A stretch of 55,912 nt of DNA, taken from the NCBI GenBank assembly GCA_025362895.1, contig JANYFA010000110.1:1-55912 (forward strand). The letters run 5' to 3'. Positions 42,175 through 52,378 of this stretch are shown piece by piece; position 1 is the first letter of the stretch, and every line of letters starts with the position of its first letter. A model generated the notes under the pieces. The model worked only from the letters and a program-made list of their open reading frames with translations, did not search any database and was not told where the DNA came from. This DNA is from Sphingomonadaceae bacterium. Its GTDB lineage: Bacteria > Pseudomonadota > Alphaproteobacteria > Sphingomonadales > Sphingomonadaceae. A program made the translations under genes and the position numbers.

Positions 42175-42440
42175 ATCGTCGCGTCGAGGCTGATCAACGC
42201 CGGTTGGAGCGCGTCATGAAATTCGATCATGGCCGGCGTCGCGAGATAGGCGACCAGCGCCGCCTCGCTGCGCCACCGTTCGACGATCGTGACCACGCCC
42301 GCCGCCTCGCTCTCGACCGCGATCGAGTAGCTGAGGCAGTCGGATTCCTCCCACGTCAGCCGCATCGTCCGCTCGAGCATCGGCTGCAACCGCGCGATAG
42401 CGGCAGGTTCGATTTCGCATCGCGCGATGAGGATGATCAT
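42096..42440 (-). CDS. Antibiotic biosynthesis monooxygenase (ABM/putative quinol monooxygenase) domain protein
   Basis: T..E..CLSYS, IVERWRSEAAL..Y..TP pattern. Confidence 0.7.
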   Translation of the reverse strand: MIILIARCEIEPAAIARLQPMLERTMRLTWEESDCLSYSIAVESEAAGVVTIVERWRSEAALVAYLATPAMIEFHDALQPALISLDATIYDIAGERPLPLPPLSARPVLALVSG

Positions 42441-42501
42441 CGCGGCGTCAGCCGACGACCAAGACCGGCGTCGTTACGGACCGCATCCCTGGTCGCGACG
42501 A

Positions 42502-43068
42502 TCATGCGGCGGCGTCCGCTTTCTTCGCGACGCTGACCAGCGCCGGGCGGAGCAACCGGTCCTTGATCGTGTAGCCCGCCTGGAGTTCAGCGACGATCGC
42601 GCCGGGTTCATGAGCGTCGGTTTCGACCTCAAGCATCGCCTGATGCTTGTTGGGGTCGAGCTTCGCGCCATCGGTGACGACGCGGGTGACGCCGTGGCGA
42701 CCGAGAACGGTCGTCAACTCGCGCTCGGTTGCGGCGATACCGGTCTTGACCGCATCGAAGCCGGGGGCATCGGCGGGAAGCGCCGCGACGGCGCGGGCCA
42801 GATTGTCGGCGACCCCTAGAATATCGCGCGCAAAGCCGGTCACCGCATAGGTGCTGGCATCGGTCTTTTCGCGCTCGAGGCGACGGCGAACATTCTCGGT
42901 CTCGGCGGCGGCGCGGAGGAGCCGGTCCTTCAACGACACGACTTCGTCGTTCAGGCGGACGATGTCGGCGGCCAGATCGGGCGCGCCGGTTTCCGCTGCA
43001 TTGGCACCGTCACCGTCGGGAGCGCCGGTCATCGTGCTGTCGGGATGGAGTTCGGTATCTTCGGTCAT
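42502..43068 (-). CDS. grpE: Nucleotide exchange factor GrpE
   Basis: RAAAETENVRRR, VADNLARA, DPNKHQAM, GYTIKDRLLRPALVSV. Confidence 0.96.
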   Translation of the reverse strand: MTEDTELHPDSTMTGAPDGDGANAAETGAPDLAADIVRLNDEVVSLKDRLLRAAAETENVRRRLEREKTDASTYAVTGFARDILGVADNLARAVAALPADAPGFDAVKTGIAATERELTTVLGRHGVTRVVTDGAKLDPNKHQAMLEVETDAHEPGAIVAELQAGYTIKDRLLRPALVSVAKKADAAA

Positions 43069-44105
43069 GCGATCAACCTGCTGAGAGCTTTGGCGGTATA
43101 ATCCACCATCGGAACGACGCGCGCGTAATTCAAGCGGGTCGGGCCGATGACGCCGACAACGCCGACAACGCGGCCCGCGCCGGAACGGTATGGTGCGGCG
43201 ATAACACTCGAACCCGACAGCGAGAACAGCTTGTTCTCCGCGCCGATGAAAATCTTGCACGCTTCGCCACCGCTCGCCGAATCGAGGAGGCGGACGAGTT
43301 CCTCCTTTCCCTCGAGATCGTCGAGCAAGGTCCGCACGCGGTCGAGATCGGCGGCGTCGCCCGCGACCAGATGTGCGCTGCCCCGCACGATAAGGATCGG
43401 ACGCGCCGCGCCATCGGATGACCAGCTCGCCAGCCCGGTTTCGACGAGCGTCCGCGTCAGGCCGTCGAGCCGGGCCCGGTCGGCGTCGATTTCGGAGCGC
43501 AGGCGGACGACCGCCTCGGCGAGGGTCAGCCCATGAAGGCGCACATTGATATAGTTCGCCGCCTCGATCAGCGCGGTCGGCGGGACGCCGGGGGGCAAGT
43601 CGATGACCCGGTTCTCGACCGTTCCGTCCGCGCCCACCAGGATCGCCAGCGCCCGCGTCGTCGACAGCGGCACGAAGCTGACCTGGCGGACGACCATCTC
43701 GTGCGCGGGAACGAGGACAATACCGGCGCAGGCACTTAGCCCCGACAGGACAGCGGTGGTGCGGCCCAGGATGTCGGCGATGGACGCCGGCGCGGCGATC
43801 TGCGTTTCGATCGCGCCACGCTCCACGTCGGTCGGTGCCGTCGTCTGCATCAGCCCGTCGACGAACAGCCGCAGGCCCAGTTCGGTCGGCAATCGCCCGG
43901 CGGAAGCGTGCGGCGCGGCGAGCAGGCCGAGTTCCTCGAGGTCCTGCATGACATTACGGATCGAGGCCGGTGACAGGCCGAGCATCGTCAGTTTCGACAG
44001 CGTTCGCGATCCGACCGGCGTCCCGTGCTCGATGAACGATTCGACGATCTGGCGAAACACTTCACGCGCACGGTCGGTCAGGTCGGTGATCGGCGGCGAC
44101 TGCAT
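43065..44105 (-). CDS. hrcA: Heat-inducible transcription repressor HrcA
   Basis: PVGSRTL, LSPASIRNVMQDLE, PHASAGRLPT, IFIGAEN, GVIGPTRLNY. Confidence 0.96.
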   Translation of the reverse strand: MQSPPITDLTDRAREVFRQIVESFIEHGTPVGSRTLSKLTMLGLSPASIRNVMQDLEELGLLAAPHASAGRLPTELGLRLFVDGLMQTTAPTDVERGAIETQIAAPASIADILGRTTAVLSGLSACAGIVLVPAHEMVVRQVSFVPLSTTRALAILVGADGTVENRVIDLPPGVPPTALIEAANYINVRLHGLTLAEAVVRLRSEIDADRARLDGLTRTLVETGLASWSSDGAARPILIVRGSAHLVAGDAADLDRVRTLLDDLEGKEELVRLLDSASGGEACKIFIGAENKLFSLSGSSVIAAPYRSGAGRVVGVVGVIGPTRLNYARVVPMVDYTAKALSRLIA

Positions 44106-44112
44106 CGCGGCG

Positions 44113-44141
44113 ATGTAGGCGCGCGCGGGGTTTCGCTCAAC
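44113..44141 (-). promoter_or_regulatory. RpoH-type promoter of hrcA-grpE, probably leaderless
   Basis: Minus strand GTTGAG-N16-CCTACAT-N7-ATG with no Shine-Dalgarno. Confidence 0.55.
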
Positions 44142-44198
44142 GGGGGGAGAGAGTAGATGGCATGCCTGCTTTCTCCCCCTTATCGATTGGAAAAATCC

Positions 44199-44915
44199 AT
44201 GCGTCCCTCCGGTCGCGCCCCCGATGCAATGCGTCGTGTCGAGATTATCCCCCGCTTCACCGCGCATGCCGAGGGCTCGTGCCTCGTCAAATTTGGTGAC
44301 ACCCACGTTCTCGTCACGGCGTCGGTTGAGGAGCGGCTGCCGCCATGGCTGCGCGGCAAGGGCGAGGGCTGGGTCACCGCCGAATACGGGATGCTGCCGC
44401 GCGCCACCCACACGCGGGGAGCACGCGAGGCCGCCAAGGGCAAGCAATCGGGGCGGACGCAGGAAATCCAGCGGCTGATCGGGCGTAGTTTGCGCGCGGT
44501 GACCGACCTGAAGGCGCTCGGCGAGCGCCAGATCACGCTCGACTGCGACGTGCTTCAGGCGGACGGCGGGACGCGGACGGCGTCGATCAGCGGCGCGTGG
44601 GTCGCGCTGCGCCTCGCGATCGACGGGATCATGGCGAAGAACCCGGCGATGACCGACCCGCTGACGACGCAGGTCGCCGCCGTTAGTTGCGGCATCCACG
44701 ACGGCGCGGTCGTTCTCGATCTCGACTATATCGAGGACTCCGGGGCCGACACCGACGGCAACTTCGTCCTCACCGCCGGCGGCGGCCTCGTCGAGGTTCA
44801 GGCGACCGCCGAAGGCGCGACGTATGACGATGAGGCATTGCTGCGGATGCTGCGGCTGGCGCGCCTCGGCTGCACCGAAATTTTCGCGGCCCAGCGGGCA
44901 GCTGTAGGGCGGTGA
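44199..44915 (+). CDS. rph: Ribonuclease PH
   Basis: [55 protein letters not shown]. Confidence 0.97.
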   Translation: MRPSGRAPDAMRRVEIIPRFTAHAEGSCLVKFGDTHVLVTASVEERLPPWLRGKGEGWVTAEYGMLPRATHTRGAREAAKGKQSGRTQEIQRLIGRSLRAVTDLKALGERQITLDCDVLQADGGTRTASISGAWVALRLAIDGIMAKNPAMTDPLTTQVAAVSCGIHDGAVVLDLDYIEDSGADTDGNFVLTAGGGLVEVQATAEGATYDDEALLRMLRLARLGCTEIFAAQRAAVGR

Positions 44916-45520
44916 GCCGCCGCCTCGCCCCCGGTCGCCTCGTGCTGGCGACGCACAACGCCGGGAAGGTGCGCGAGATCGGTGCACTGCTCGTGCCGTA
45001 CGGGATGGACGTTGTCGCCGCGGGCGATCTCGGCCTGCCCGAACCGGCGGAGACCGAGGACAGCTTCGCCGGTAACGCGCTAATCAAAGCGCGTGCCGCC
45101 GCGAACGGATCGGGGCTGGTCGCGCTCGCCGACGATTCGGGGCTGTGCGTCGATGCCCTTGGCGGCGCACCGGGGGTGTACACCGCCGACTGGGCCGAAA
45201 CGCCATCCGGGCGCGACTGGCTGCTGGCGATGACCAAGGTTGAAGACCGGCTCGCCGCACAGGGGCCGGACGTGGCGCGGACGGCGAGTTTCGTCTGCAC
45301 GCTCGCGCTCGCGTGGCCCGATGGCGAGGAAGCCGTGTTCGAAGGGCGTTGCGCGGGATCGCTCGTCTGGCCCCCTCGGGGAGCCCGCGGATTTGGGTAC
45401 GACCCGGTCTTCGTCGCCGACGGCATGACCGCAACCTTTGCCGAGATCGATCCGGCGCAAAAGCACGCGATCAGCCACCGCGCCGCCGCTTTCGCGAAGC
45501 TGGTCGCGGCGTGCCTCTGA
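44912..45520 (+). CDS. rdgB: Non-canonical purine NTP pyrophosphatase (HAM1/RdgB)
   Basis: [43 protein letters not shown]. Confidence 0.95.
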   Translation: MSRRLAPGRLVLATHNAGKVREIGALLVPYGMDVVAAGDLGLPEPAETEDSFAGNALIKARAAANGSGLVALADDSGLCVDALGGAPGVYTADWAETPSGRDWLLAMTKVEDRLAAQGPDVARTASFVCTLALAWPDGEEAVFEGRCAGSLVWPPRGARGFGYDPVFVADGMTATFAEIDPAQKHAISHRAAAFAKLVAACL

Positions 45521-46653
45521 CGGGCGACCTCGCCGTTTACGTCCACTGGCCGTTCTGCGTGTCGAAGTGCCCGTACTGCGACTTCAACAGCCACGTCCGC
45601 GCCGACATCGACGAAGGCGCGTGGCGCGACGCGCTGCTCGCCGATCTCGCCCACGAGGCGGCGGCGACTTCCGGGCGGGCGGTCGGGAGTATCTTTTTCG
45701 GCGGCGGCACCCCGTCGTTGATGGTCCCGGCGACGGTCGCGGCGGTGATCGACGCGGTCGCGGGGCACTGGCGGCTGACCGACGGGTGCGAAATCGCGCT
45801 GGAGGCCAACCCGTCGAGCGTTGAAGCCGCGCGCTTTGCCGGATTCGCCCACGCCGGGGTAAACCGCGTCAGCCTCGGGCTGCAGGCGCTGGACGATGCG
45901 GCGCTGCGCCAGTTGGGCCGCCCGCACGACCTGGCCGAGGGCCTTGCCGCGCTCGATGTGGCGCAGGCGCATTTTCCGCGCGTCAGTTTCGATTTGATCT
46001 ACGACCGCCCCGGCCAGACCCTCGCCGCGTGGGAAGCCGAGCTGACGCGCGCGCTGGCGTTCGGCACCGGTCATCTGTCGCTTTATGGCCTGACGATCGA
46101 GCCTGGGACGCGCTTTGCGACGCTCCACGCCAAGGGGGAACTGATCATGGCGGGCGAGGATGCGTCGGCCGACCTGTTCGACCTGACCGCGCGCCTGACC
46201 ACCGCTGCCGGGGTCCCGGCGTACGAGGTATCGAACCACGCCGCGCCGGGTGCCGCAAGCCGCCACAACCTGAGTTACTGGACCTATGGCGACTATGTCG
46301 GCGTCGGCCCCGGCGCGCACGGCCGGCGGCAGGGCGAGGCGACAGTACGTCACAAAAAGCCCGAGAACTGGGTGAGCGCGGTCGCCGCCCACGGCCACGG
46401 CATCGCCGCGACCGCCTCGCTCGACGCTGCGACGCGCGGGCGGGAGGCGCTGATGATGGGGCTGCGACTGGCGGATGGGATCGACGCCGCGACCTTTGCC
46501 GCGCGGACGGGGCAGACGCTCGCCGACGCCGTCGATCCCCGACGGTTGGCCCTGCTCGTCGAGCTTGGCTTCGTCGCGAGCGATGACGCCGGCCTTCGCC
46601 TGACCGCGACGGGGCGGCCGTTGCTCAACGCCGTCCTCGCCGAACTCGTTTAG
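45511..46653 (+). CDS. hemW: Radical SAM heme chaperone HemW
   Basis: [46 protein letters not shown]. Confidence 0.92.
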   Translation: MPLTGDLAVYVHWPFCVSKCPYCDFNSHVRADIDEGAWRDALLADLAHEAAATSGRAVGSIFFGGGTPSLMVPATVAAVIDAVAGHWRLTDGCEIALEANPSSVEAARFAGFAHAGVNRVSLGLQALDDAALRQLGRPHDLAEGLAALDVAQAHFPRVSFDLIYDRPGQTLAAWEAELTRALAFGTGHLSLYGLTIEPGTRFATLHAKGELIMAGEDASADLFDLTARLTTAAGVPAYEVSNHAAPGAASRHNLSYWTYGDYVGVGPGAHGRRQGEATVRHKKPENWVSAVAAHGHGIAATASLDAATRGREALMMGLRLADGIDAATFAARTGQTLADAVDPRRLALLVELGFVASDDAGLRLTATGRPLLNAVLAELV

Positions 46654-46671
46654 CCGGTGCAAGGTACTGCG

Positions 46672-47685
46672 ATGTTTGCTGCCTTGCGCCCCGTGCTGTT
46701 CCGCCTCGATCCCGAACGCGCGCATAATTTGACGCTGGCCGCACTGGCGACCGGGCTGGGCCCGCGCGGACGCCCGGACGATCCGATCCTGGCCACGACC
46801 GTTGCCGGGCTGGCGCTGCCCAACCCCCTCGGCCTTGCGGCGGGGTTCGACAAGGACGCGCGCGTTCCAGCCGCGATGCTGCGGATGGGCTTCGGCTTCG
46901 TCGAGATCGGCACCGTCACGCCGCGACCGCAGGTCGGCAACCCACGCCCGCGCGTCTTCCGGCTGGTCGCCGAGCGCGCCGTGATTAACCGGCTGGGCTT
47001 CAACAATGGCGGCGTTGCAGCGGCGGTGGCGCGGTTGGCGGCGCGACGACCGGTAGGGATCGTCGGCGTCAACATCGGCGCGAACAAGGACAGCGTCGAC
47101 CGCGTCGCCGACTATGCCTTCGGGGCGCGGGCGGCGCGGGGCGTGGCCGACTATCTCACCGTCAACGTCTCATCGCCGAACACCCCCGGATTGCGCGGGC
47201 TGCAGGACCCTGGCGTGCTCGCCGCCCTGATCGCCGCTGTCCGCTCCGAGGCCGAAGCCAAGCCAGTCTTCGTCAAGGTCGCTCCCGACCTCGACGGCGC
47301 GGCGATCGACGGGATCGCCCGGGTGGCGATCGACGGCGGCGTCGCGGGGCTGATCGTGTCGAACACCACGCTGGCCCGTCCCGGCATCTCGAGCAGCGAA
47401 GCGGGGGGCCTGTCGGGCGCACCGCTGTTCGCCCCGTCGACAGAGGTGCTGCGACGCTTCGCCCGCGCGACGGGGGGGTCCCTCGCGCTGATCGGAGTCG
47501 GCGGGATCGCGTCGGCGGTCGATGCCTATGCCAAGATCCGCGCCGGGGCGAGCGCCGTCCAGCTGTATACCGCGCTGGTCTATCGCGGACCGGCCCTCGT
47601 CCCCCGGCTCAAGACCGACCTCGCCGGACTCCTCCGCCGCGACGGATTTGGCAGCGTGGCAGACGCGGTTGGCGTCGACGCTTGA
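46672..47685 (+). CDS. pyrD: Quinone-dependent dihydroorotate dehydrogenase
   Basis: [44 protein letters not shown]. Confidence 0.96.
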   Translation: MFAALRPVLFRLDPERAHNLTLAALATGLGPRGRPDDPILATTVAGLALPNPLGLAAGFDKDARVPAAMLRMGFGFVEIGTVTPRPQVGNPRPRVFRLVAERAVINRLGFNNGGVAAAVARLAARRPVGIVGVNIGANKDSVDRVADYAFGARAARGVADYLTVNVSSPNTPGLRGLQDPGVLAALIAAVRSEAEAKPVFVKVAPDLDGAAIDGIARVAIDGGVAGLIVSNTTLARPGISSSEAGGLSGAPLFAPSTEVLRRFARATGGSLALIGVGGIASAVDAYAKIRAGASAVQLYTALVYRGPALVPRLKTDLAGLLRRDGFGSVADAVGVDA

Positions 47686-47734
47686 TCGTACCGACAGGGT
47701 CGATATGGTTGACCCAACAATAAGGGGTTTGCGG

Positions 47735-49417
47735 GTGAAGCATTTAGCAATCGCGGTCGTCCTGCTGGCTCCGGCGGGGCTCGCGGCGAAGGCTCCCAAC
47801 CCCGCGCAGGCGATGGTGTCCGCCGCCGACCCGCGCGCCGCGGCGGCAGGCGTCGAAATGCTCAGAGCCGGGGGCAGCGCGATGGACGCGGTGGCGGCCA
47901 CCGTCCTTGCGTTGACGGTCGTCGAGCCGCAGTCTTCGGGCATCGGCGGTGGCGGGTTGCTCGTCTATCAAAAGACCGGCGGACGGGTGCCCGCGACGTT
48001 CGACGGGCGCGAAAAGGCCCCGATGGCGGCGACCGAAGCGCTGTTCCTCGACGCCGCGGGTAAGCCGTTGCCACGCGGCGTGGCGATCCCCGGGGGCAAA
48101 TCGGTCGGCGTTCCCGGTAATGTCGCGATGCTCAAGCTCGCCCACGCCAAGTACGGCAAGCTGCCATGGGCGACGCTGTTCGGGCCCGCGACGCGGCTCG
48201 CGCGCGGCGGGTATGATGTCACGCCGCGTTTGGCGAGCGCGATCGCCGGCAGCGCGACGACGCTCGCGCGCCAACCGGCGGCGGCGGCGCTGTTTCTCCA
48301 TGCCGACGGGACGCCCAAGACGGCGGGCGAGCATATCGTCAATGAGGCGCTGGCGCTGACCTTCGAGGCGGTCGCCGCCGGGGGGCCGGCTGCCTTTTAC
48401 GCCGGAGCGAATGCGGCGGCGCTCGTCGCGGCGGTCGATCACGCGCCGACCAATCCGTCGACGATGACCATTGCCGACATGGCCGCCTATCGCGCCAAGG
48501 AGCGCGCGCCAGTGTGCGGGGCCTATCGCACTTACCGCGTCTGTTCGATGGGACCGCCGTCGGCCGGCGGCACGGCGGTCGTCGCCATGCTCGGCCAGTT
48601 GCAGGGCTTCGACCTCGCCGCGCTGGGCAAGGACAGCCCCGTTGCATGGCATTTGTTCGCCGAAAGCGAGCGCCTCGCCTTTGCCGACCGCGCGGCCTAT
48701 GGCGGCGACCGCGATTTCGTCGATGTTCCCGTCGCCGGGCTGACCGACCCAGCGTATCTCCGTGCTCGCGCCAAACTGATTTCGGCGACCGGCGTCATCG
48801 CTCACGCCGTGCCCGGCCAGCCCAAAGGGGCCAAGCCACGCATCGCCCCCGAAAGCGGCGAGATTCCGTCAACGTCGGACATCGCCGTCGCCGATGCCGC
48901 CGGCAATGTCGCCTCGCTGACGTCGACGGTCGAGGGGGGCTTTGGCAGTTCGCTCGTCGCCGGGGGGTACATCCTCAACAACGAGCTGACCGACTTCGAC
49001 TTCGTCCCCGAGGTCGGCGGGGCCAAGGTCGCGAACCGCGTCGAAGGCGGCAAGCGGCCGCGATCATCGATGTCGCCAGCGATCGTCTATGATAAGAACG
49101 GCAAGGTAGTCCTTGCCGTCGGCGCGGCCGGCGGGCCGACGATTCCGGCGCAGGTCGCCAAGGCGATTGTCGCGGTCATCGACTGGCACCTTTCGGTGCA
49201 AGACGCGATCGCCCTGCCGCTGATCTTCACCAACGACGACACGCTCGTTCTCGAAAAGGGGCCGTTTTTCGCCGCGATGGAGACTGCTCTCAGGGCGATG
49301 GGCCATGCGACGGTCCAATACCCGCTCGGTCTTAAAGCCAATGGGATCGAGCGCGTTCGTGGCGGCTGGCGCGGCGGGGCCGACCCGCGCAGCGAAGGCG
49401 TCGCGCTCGGGTTGTGA
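47735..49417 (+). CDS. ggt: Gamma-glutamyltransferase (secreted)
   Basis: Signal peptide; VVEPQSSGIGGG, DGRE, PPSAGG, LNNELTDF, KRPRSSMSP, GGADPR. Confidence 0.92.
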   Translation: MKHLAIAVVLLAPAGLAAKAPNPAQAMVSAADPRAAAAGVEMLRAGGSAMDAVAATVLALTVVEPQSSGIGGGGLLVYQKTGGRVPATFDGREKAPMAATEALFLDAAGKPLPRGVAIPGGKSVGVPGNVAMLKLAHAKYGKLPWATLFGPATRLARGGYDVTPRLASAIAGSATTLARQPAAAALFLHADGTPKTAGEHIVNEALALTFEAVAAGGPAAFYAGANAAALVAAVDHAPTNPSTMTIADMAAYRAKERAPVCGAYRTYRVCSMGPPSAGGTAVVAMLGQLQGFDLAALGKDSPVAWHLFAESERLAFADRAAYGGDRDFVDVPVAGLTDPAYLRARAKLISATGVIAHAVPGQPKGAKPRIAPESGEIPSTSDIAVADAAGNVASLTSTVEGGFGSSLVAGGYILNNELTDFDFVPEVGGAKVANRVEGGKRPRSSMSPAIVYDKNGKVVLAVGAAGGPTIPAQVAKAIVAVIDWHLSVQDAIALPLIFTNDDTLVLEKGPFFAAMETALRAMGHATVQYPLGLKANGIERVRGGWRGGADPRSEGVALGL

Positions 49418-51264
49418 GCGACGCCCCCGCCCCGCTGCCTGCTGCTTCGCCCGCGACCCCGCTCGCCGACCGGGCGGATGCGTCGACGAACCTCGTCCTG
49501 CACTTTCTCGACCAAGCCGCGCGCTACAGCGATGATCCGTTCCTGTGGCACAAGGCCGACGGCGCCTGGGTCGCGCGGTCGTGGACGGCGACGGCGGCGG
49601 CGGTGTCGCAGGTCGCGCAGGCGCTCGTCGCGGCGGGAATAAAGCGCGGCGACCGCGTGATCCTCGTCAGCGAAAACCGGCCCGAATGGTGCATCGCCGA
49701 CCTCGGCATCATGGCCGCCGGTGCGATCACCGTGCCGGCGTACACGACCAACACCGAGGCCGACCACCGCCACATCCTCGACAATAGCGGCGCGGTCGCG
49801 GTGATCGTATCGACCGCCAAGCTCGCCGCGACCCTGTTGCCTGCGGTCGTCACCGCCGATGCGTGCCGACTGGTGATCGCGCTCGAGCCGCTGCGCGTCG
49901 CCCAGGCTTCGGGCACGCGCATCGCCGACTGGGATACGTTAATCGGCGGTCACGCACCCGACGTCGCGGCGACGCAGGCACGGATCACTGCGGGACGCGC
50001 AGACCTCGCGTGCCTGATCTATACCAGCGGCACCGGTGGAACGCCGCGCGGGGTGCGGCAGCATCACGGGGCCATCCTGCAGAACGTGGCGGCGGCGTGC
50101 GCGATCATCGAACAGGACTTTGCCCCGACGCCAGGGCGCGACAGCTTCCTGTCGTTTCTGCCGCTGAGCCATGCCTATGAACATACCTGCGGCCAGTTCA
50201 CCGCGATCGGGCTTGGCGCGTCGATCCATTATGCGGAGGGGCTCGATAAGCTGGCGGCGAACATGGAGGAGGTCTCGCCCACCATCATGGTCGTCGTCCC
50301 CCGCCTGTTCGAGGTGCTGCGCGCCCGGATCGGCAAGGGGATCGAAAAGCAGGGCGGCGCGGCAATCACCTTGTTCAACGCCGCGCTCCGGCTCGGGCGC
50401 AAGCGGTATGAGCGCGGCGGGACCTTGCCGCTGACCGATCGCCCGTATGATGCACTCCTCGACCGAACGATCCGCAAGCGGGTTCAGGCGCGCTTCGGCG
50501 GGCGGTTGAAGACGCTGGTGGCGGGCGGCGCTCCACTCAACCCCGATGTCGGACTCTTCTTCGCCGCGCTCGGGCTGACGCTGTGCCAGGGTTATGGGCA
50601 GACCGAGGCGGGGCCGCTGATCTCGTGCAATCGCCCATCGCGCAAGATCAAGATGCACAGCGTCGGCCCGGCGCTGCGCGGCACGTCGATCCGCATCGCG
50701 CCCGACGGCGAGATCCTCGTCCGCGGCGAATGCGTCATGGACGGTTATTGGATGAACGACAGCGAGAGCCACCGCGCGCTGCAGGACGGCTGGTTGCTCA
50801 CCGGCGACATCGGGCGGATCGACGACGATGGCCACCTGATCATCACCGACCGTAAAAAGGACATCCTCGTCAACGACAAAGGCGACAACGTCTCTCCCGC
50901 CCGCATTGAGGGGATGCTGACGCTTCAGCCCGAAATCAGCCAGGCGATGGTCCACGGCGACGGGCGGCCTTATCTCGTCGGGTTGGTCGTCGCCAACCCT
51001 GAATGGGCGCTCGACTGGGCGCGCGACAAGGGAATGCCGCGCGACTTCGCCAAGCTCCACGCCGAACCCGAATTCGCCCGCGCGCTGATGGCCGCCGTCG
51101 ACCGGGTCAACGCCCGCGTCGCCGCCCACGAAAAGGTCCGCCGGATCATCGTTGCCGACGCGCCGTTCACCGTCGACAATGGCGAGATGACCCCGTCGCT
51201 CAAAATCCGGCGGCACCGGATCGAAGCGGTCTACGGACCCCGGCTCGACTCGCTATACGGCTGA
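49414..51264 (+). CDS. Long-chain fatty-acid-CoA ligase (AMP-dependent synthetase)
   Basis: IYTSGTGGTPRG, FLPLSHAYE, QGYGQTEA, TGDIG, ITDRKKD, MTPSLK. Confidence 0.92.
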   Translation: MSDAPAPLPAASPATPLADRADASTNLVLHFLDQAARYSDDPFLWHKADGAWVARSWTATAAAVSQVAQALVAAGIKRGDRVILVSENRPEWCIADLGIMAAGAITVPAYTTNTEADHRHILDNSGAVAVIVSTAKLAATLLPAVVTADACRLVIALEPLRVAQASGTRIADWDTLIGGHAPDVAATQARITAGRADLACLIYTSGTGGTPRGVRQHHGAILQNVAAACAIIEQDFAPTPGRDSFLSFLPLSHAYEHTCGQFTAIGLGASIHYAEGLDKLAANMEEVSPTIMVVVPRLFEVLRARIGKGIEKQGGAAITLFNAALRLGRKRYERGGTLPLTDRPYDALLDRTIRKRVQARFGGRLKTLVAGGAPLNPDVGLFFAALGLTLCQGYGQTEAGPLISCNRPSRKIKMHSVGPALRGTSIRIAPDGEILVRGECVMDGYWMNDSESHRALQDGWLLTGDIGRIDDDGHLIITDRKKDILVNDKGDNVSPARIEGMLTLQPEISQAMVHGDGRPYLVGLVVANPEWALDWARDKGMPRDFAKLHAEPEFARALMAAVDRVNARVAAHEKVRRIIVADAPFTVDNGEMTPSLKIRRHRIEAVYGPRLDSLYG

Positions 51265-51316
51265 GGCGCGTCGGTCACTGTCGGACAGTCGGGTCCATTC
51301 GACCGCCGCCATCCTC

Positions 51317-51865
51317 TTAACTACGTTCGATGTCGGTGGCGGCGGCGTCGAGGATGGCGGCGATCCGCGTTGCCGCCGTGTCGTCGACGCTGCCGCGCCC
51401 GAGACGCAGCTTGAGCGCGAAGCGCAGGTTGGCCATCGCACGCAGGACGCGGGGGCCGGTGTCAGGGCCGCTGCCCGCTTCATCGATCCGCGCGAAGATC
51501 GCATCGACCGTCGCCTGATTCATCGCCAGATGAGCGGTCCCCTCGATGGTAATGGTATACTGACGCTTGCTGCCCTCCGTCGTCGCCGATGTCGCGAAGC
51601 CGAGCTCCTCGAGCATCGTCAGAGTCGGATAGACGACGCCGGGCGACGGTGCATAAGCCCCGCCGACGCGGCTCTCGATCTCGCGGATGAGTTCATAGCC
51701 GTGGCGCGGGGCCTCGGCGATCAACGCGAGGATGAGCAGGCGGAGGTCGCCGTGCTGGAACATCCGCCCGCCCCCGCGCGGTCCGCCAAAGCCGCCGTGC
51801 CCGCGGCCCATGCGGTGCATCATGCGACGGCCAAATTCGCGGTGACCGTGGGTGTGTAAGTGCAT
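51317..51865 (-). CDS. PadR family regulator (YqjI-like) with His-rich N-terminus
   Basis: GDLRLLILALI...HGYELI...YAPSPGVVYPTLTMLEE; N-terminal MHLHTHGH. Confidence 0.9.
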   Translation of the reverse strand: MHLHTHGHREFGRRMMHRMGRGHGGFGGPRGGGRMFQHGDLRLLILALIAEAPRHGYELIREIESRVGGAYAPSPGVVYPTLTMLEELGFATSATTEGSKRQYTITIEGTAHLAMNQATVDAIFARIDEAGSGPDTGPRVLRAMANLRFALKLRLGRGSVDDTAATRIAAILDAAATDIERS

Positions 51866-51923
51866 ATCGAAACTCCATTTTGATCTATCGATATTGCGGA
51901 TATATCTAAAATAGGTTTCGATA
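51865..51923. promoter_or_regulatory. AT-rich imperfect inverted repeat, probable PadR operator
   Basis: Arms TATCGAAAC...GATCTATC (51865-51889) and GATATATC...GTTTCGATA (51899-51923). Confidence 0.6.
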
Positions 51924-51939
51924 CAAGTGGCAATCGAAT

Positions 51940-52308
51940 TTATTTCCCCGAGCGCTGGTAAGGAACGAACGCGCCAAAGGTGCAGGCACCATAGTTGATG
52001 CGGCTCAGCGGTTCGAACACCTCAAACAAGTCACCCTCGCAAAAGCCGAACGCCAGATCGCGGGTGATGAGCGCGCGGTCGGGGCGCAGCGCGGCGCAGT
52101 TCGGCCCGACGTCGTTGCGATAATAGCGTCCGCCGCCGCGCTCGAAGATAATCGTGGAGCGATCGACGATCGTCTGGCCGTGAATTTCCTGCCGCCGGAT
52201 GCAATGCGCGGGCTTGCCGCTAACGCTCCCCGACAGAAGCCGCGCGACGTCGGGCGCCGCCGTCGCCGGTGCGGCGACAATCAGCATGCTCAGAATCAGA
52301 CGATGCAT
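51940..52308 (-). CDS. Small secreted four-Cys hypothetical protein
   Basis: Signal peptide; GKPAHCI...YRND...C...FCEGD...GACTFGAF. Confidence 0.7.
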   Translation of the reverse strand: MHRLILSMLIVAAPATAAPDVARLLSGSVSGKPAHCIRRQEIHGQTIVDRSTIIFERGGGRYYRNDVGPNCAALRPDRALITRDLAFGFCEGDLFEVFEPLSRINYGACTFGAFVPYQRSGK

Positions 52309-52378
52309 CACCACTCTCCTCCGTAAGAGGAATACCACCGGCAACCCCTTGTGGGACAGGGCTTTATTTCGCGCCGCT

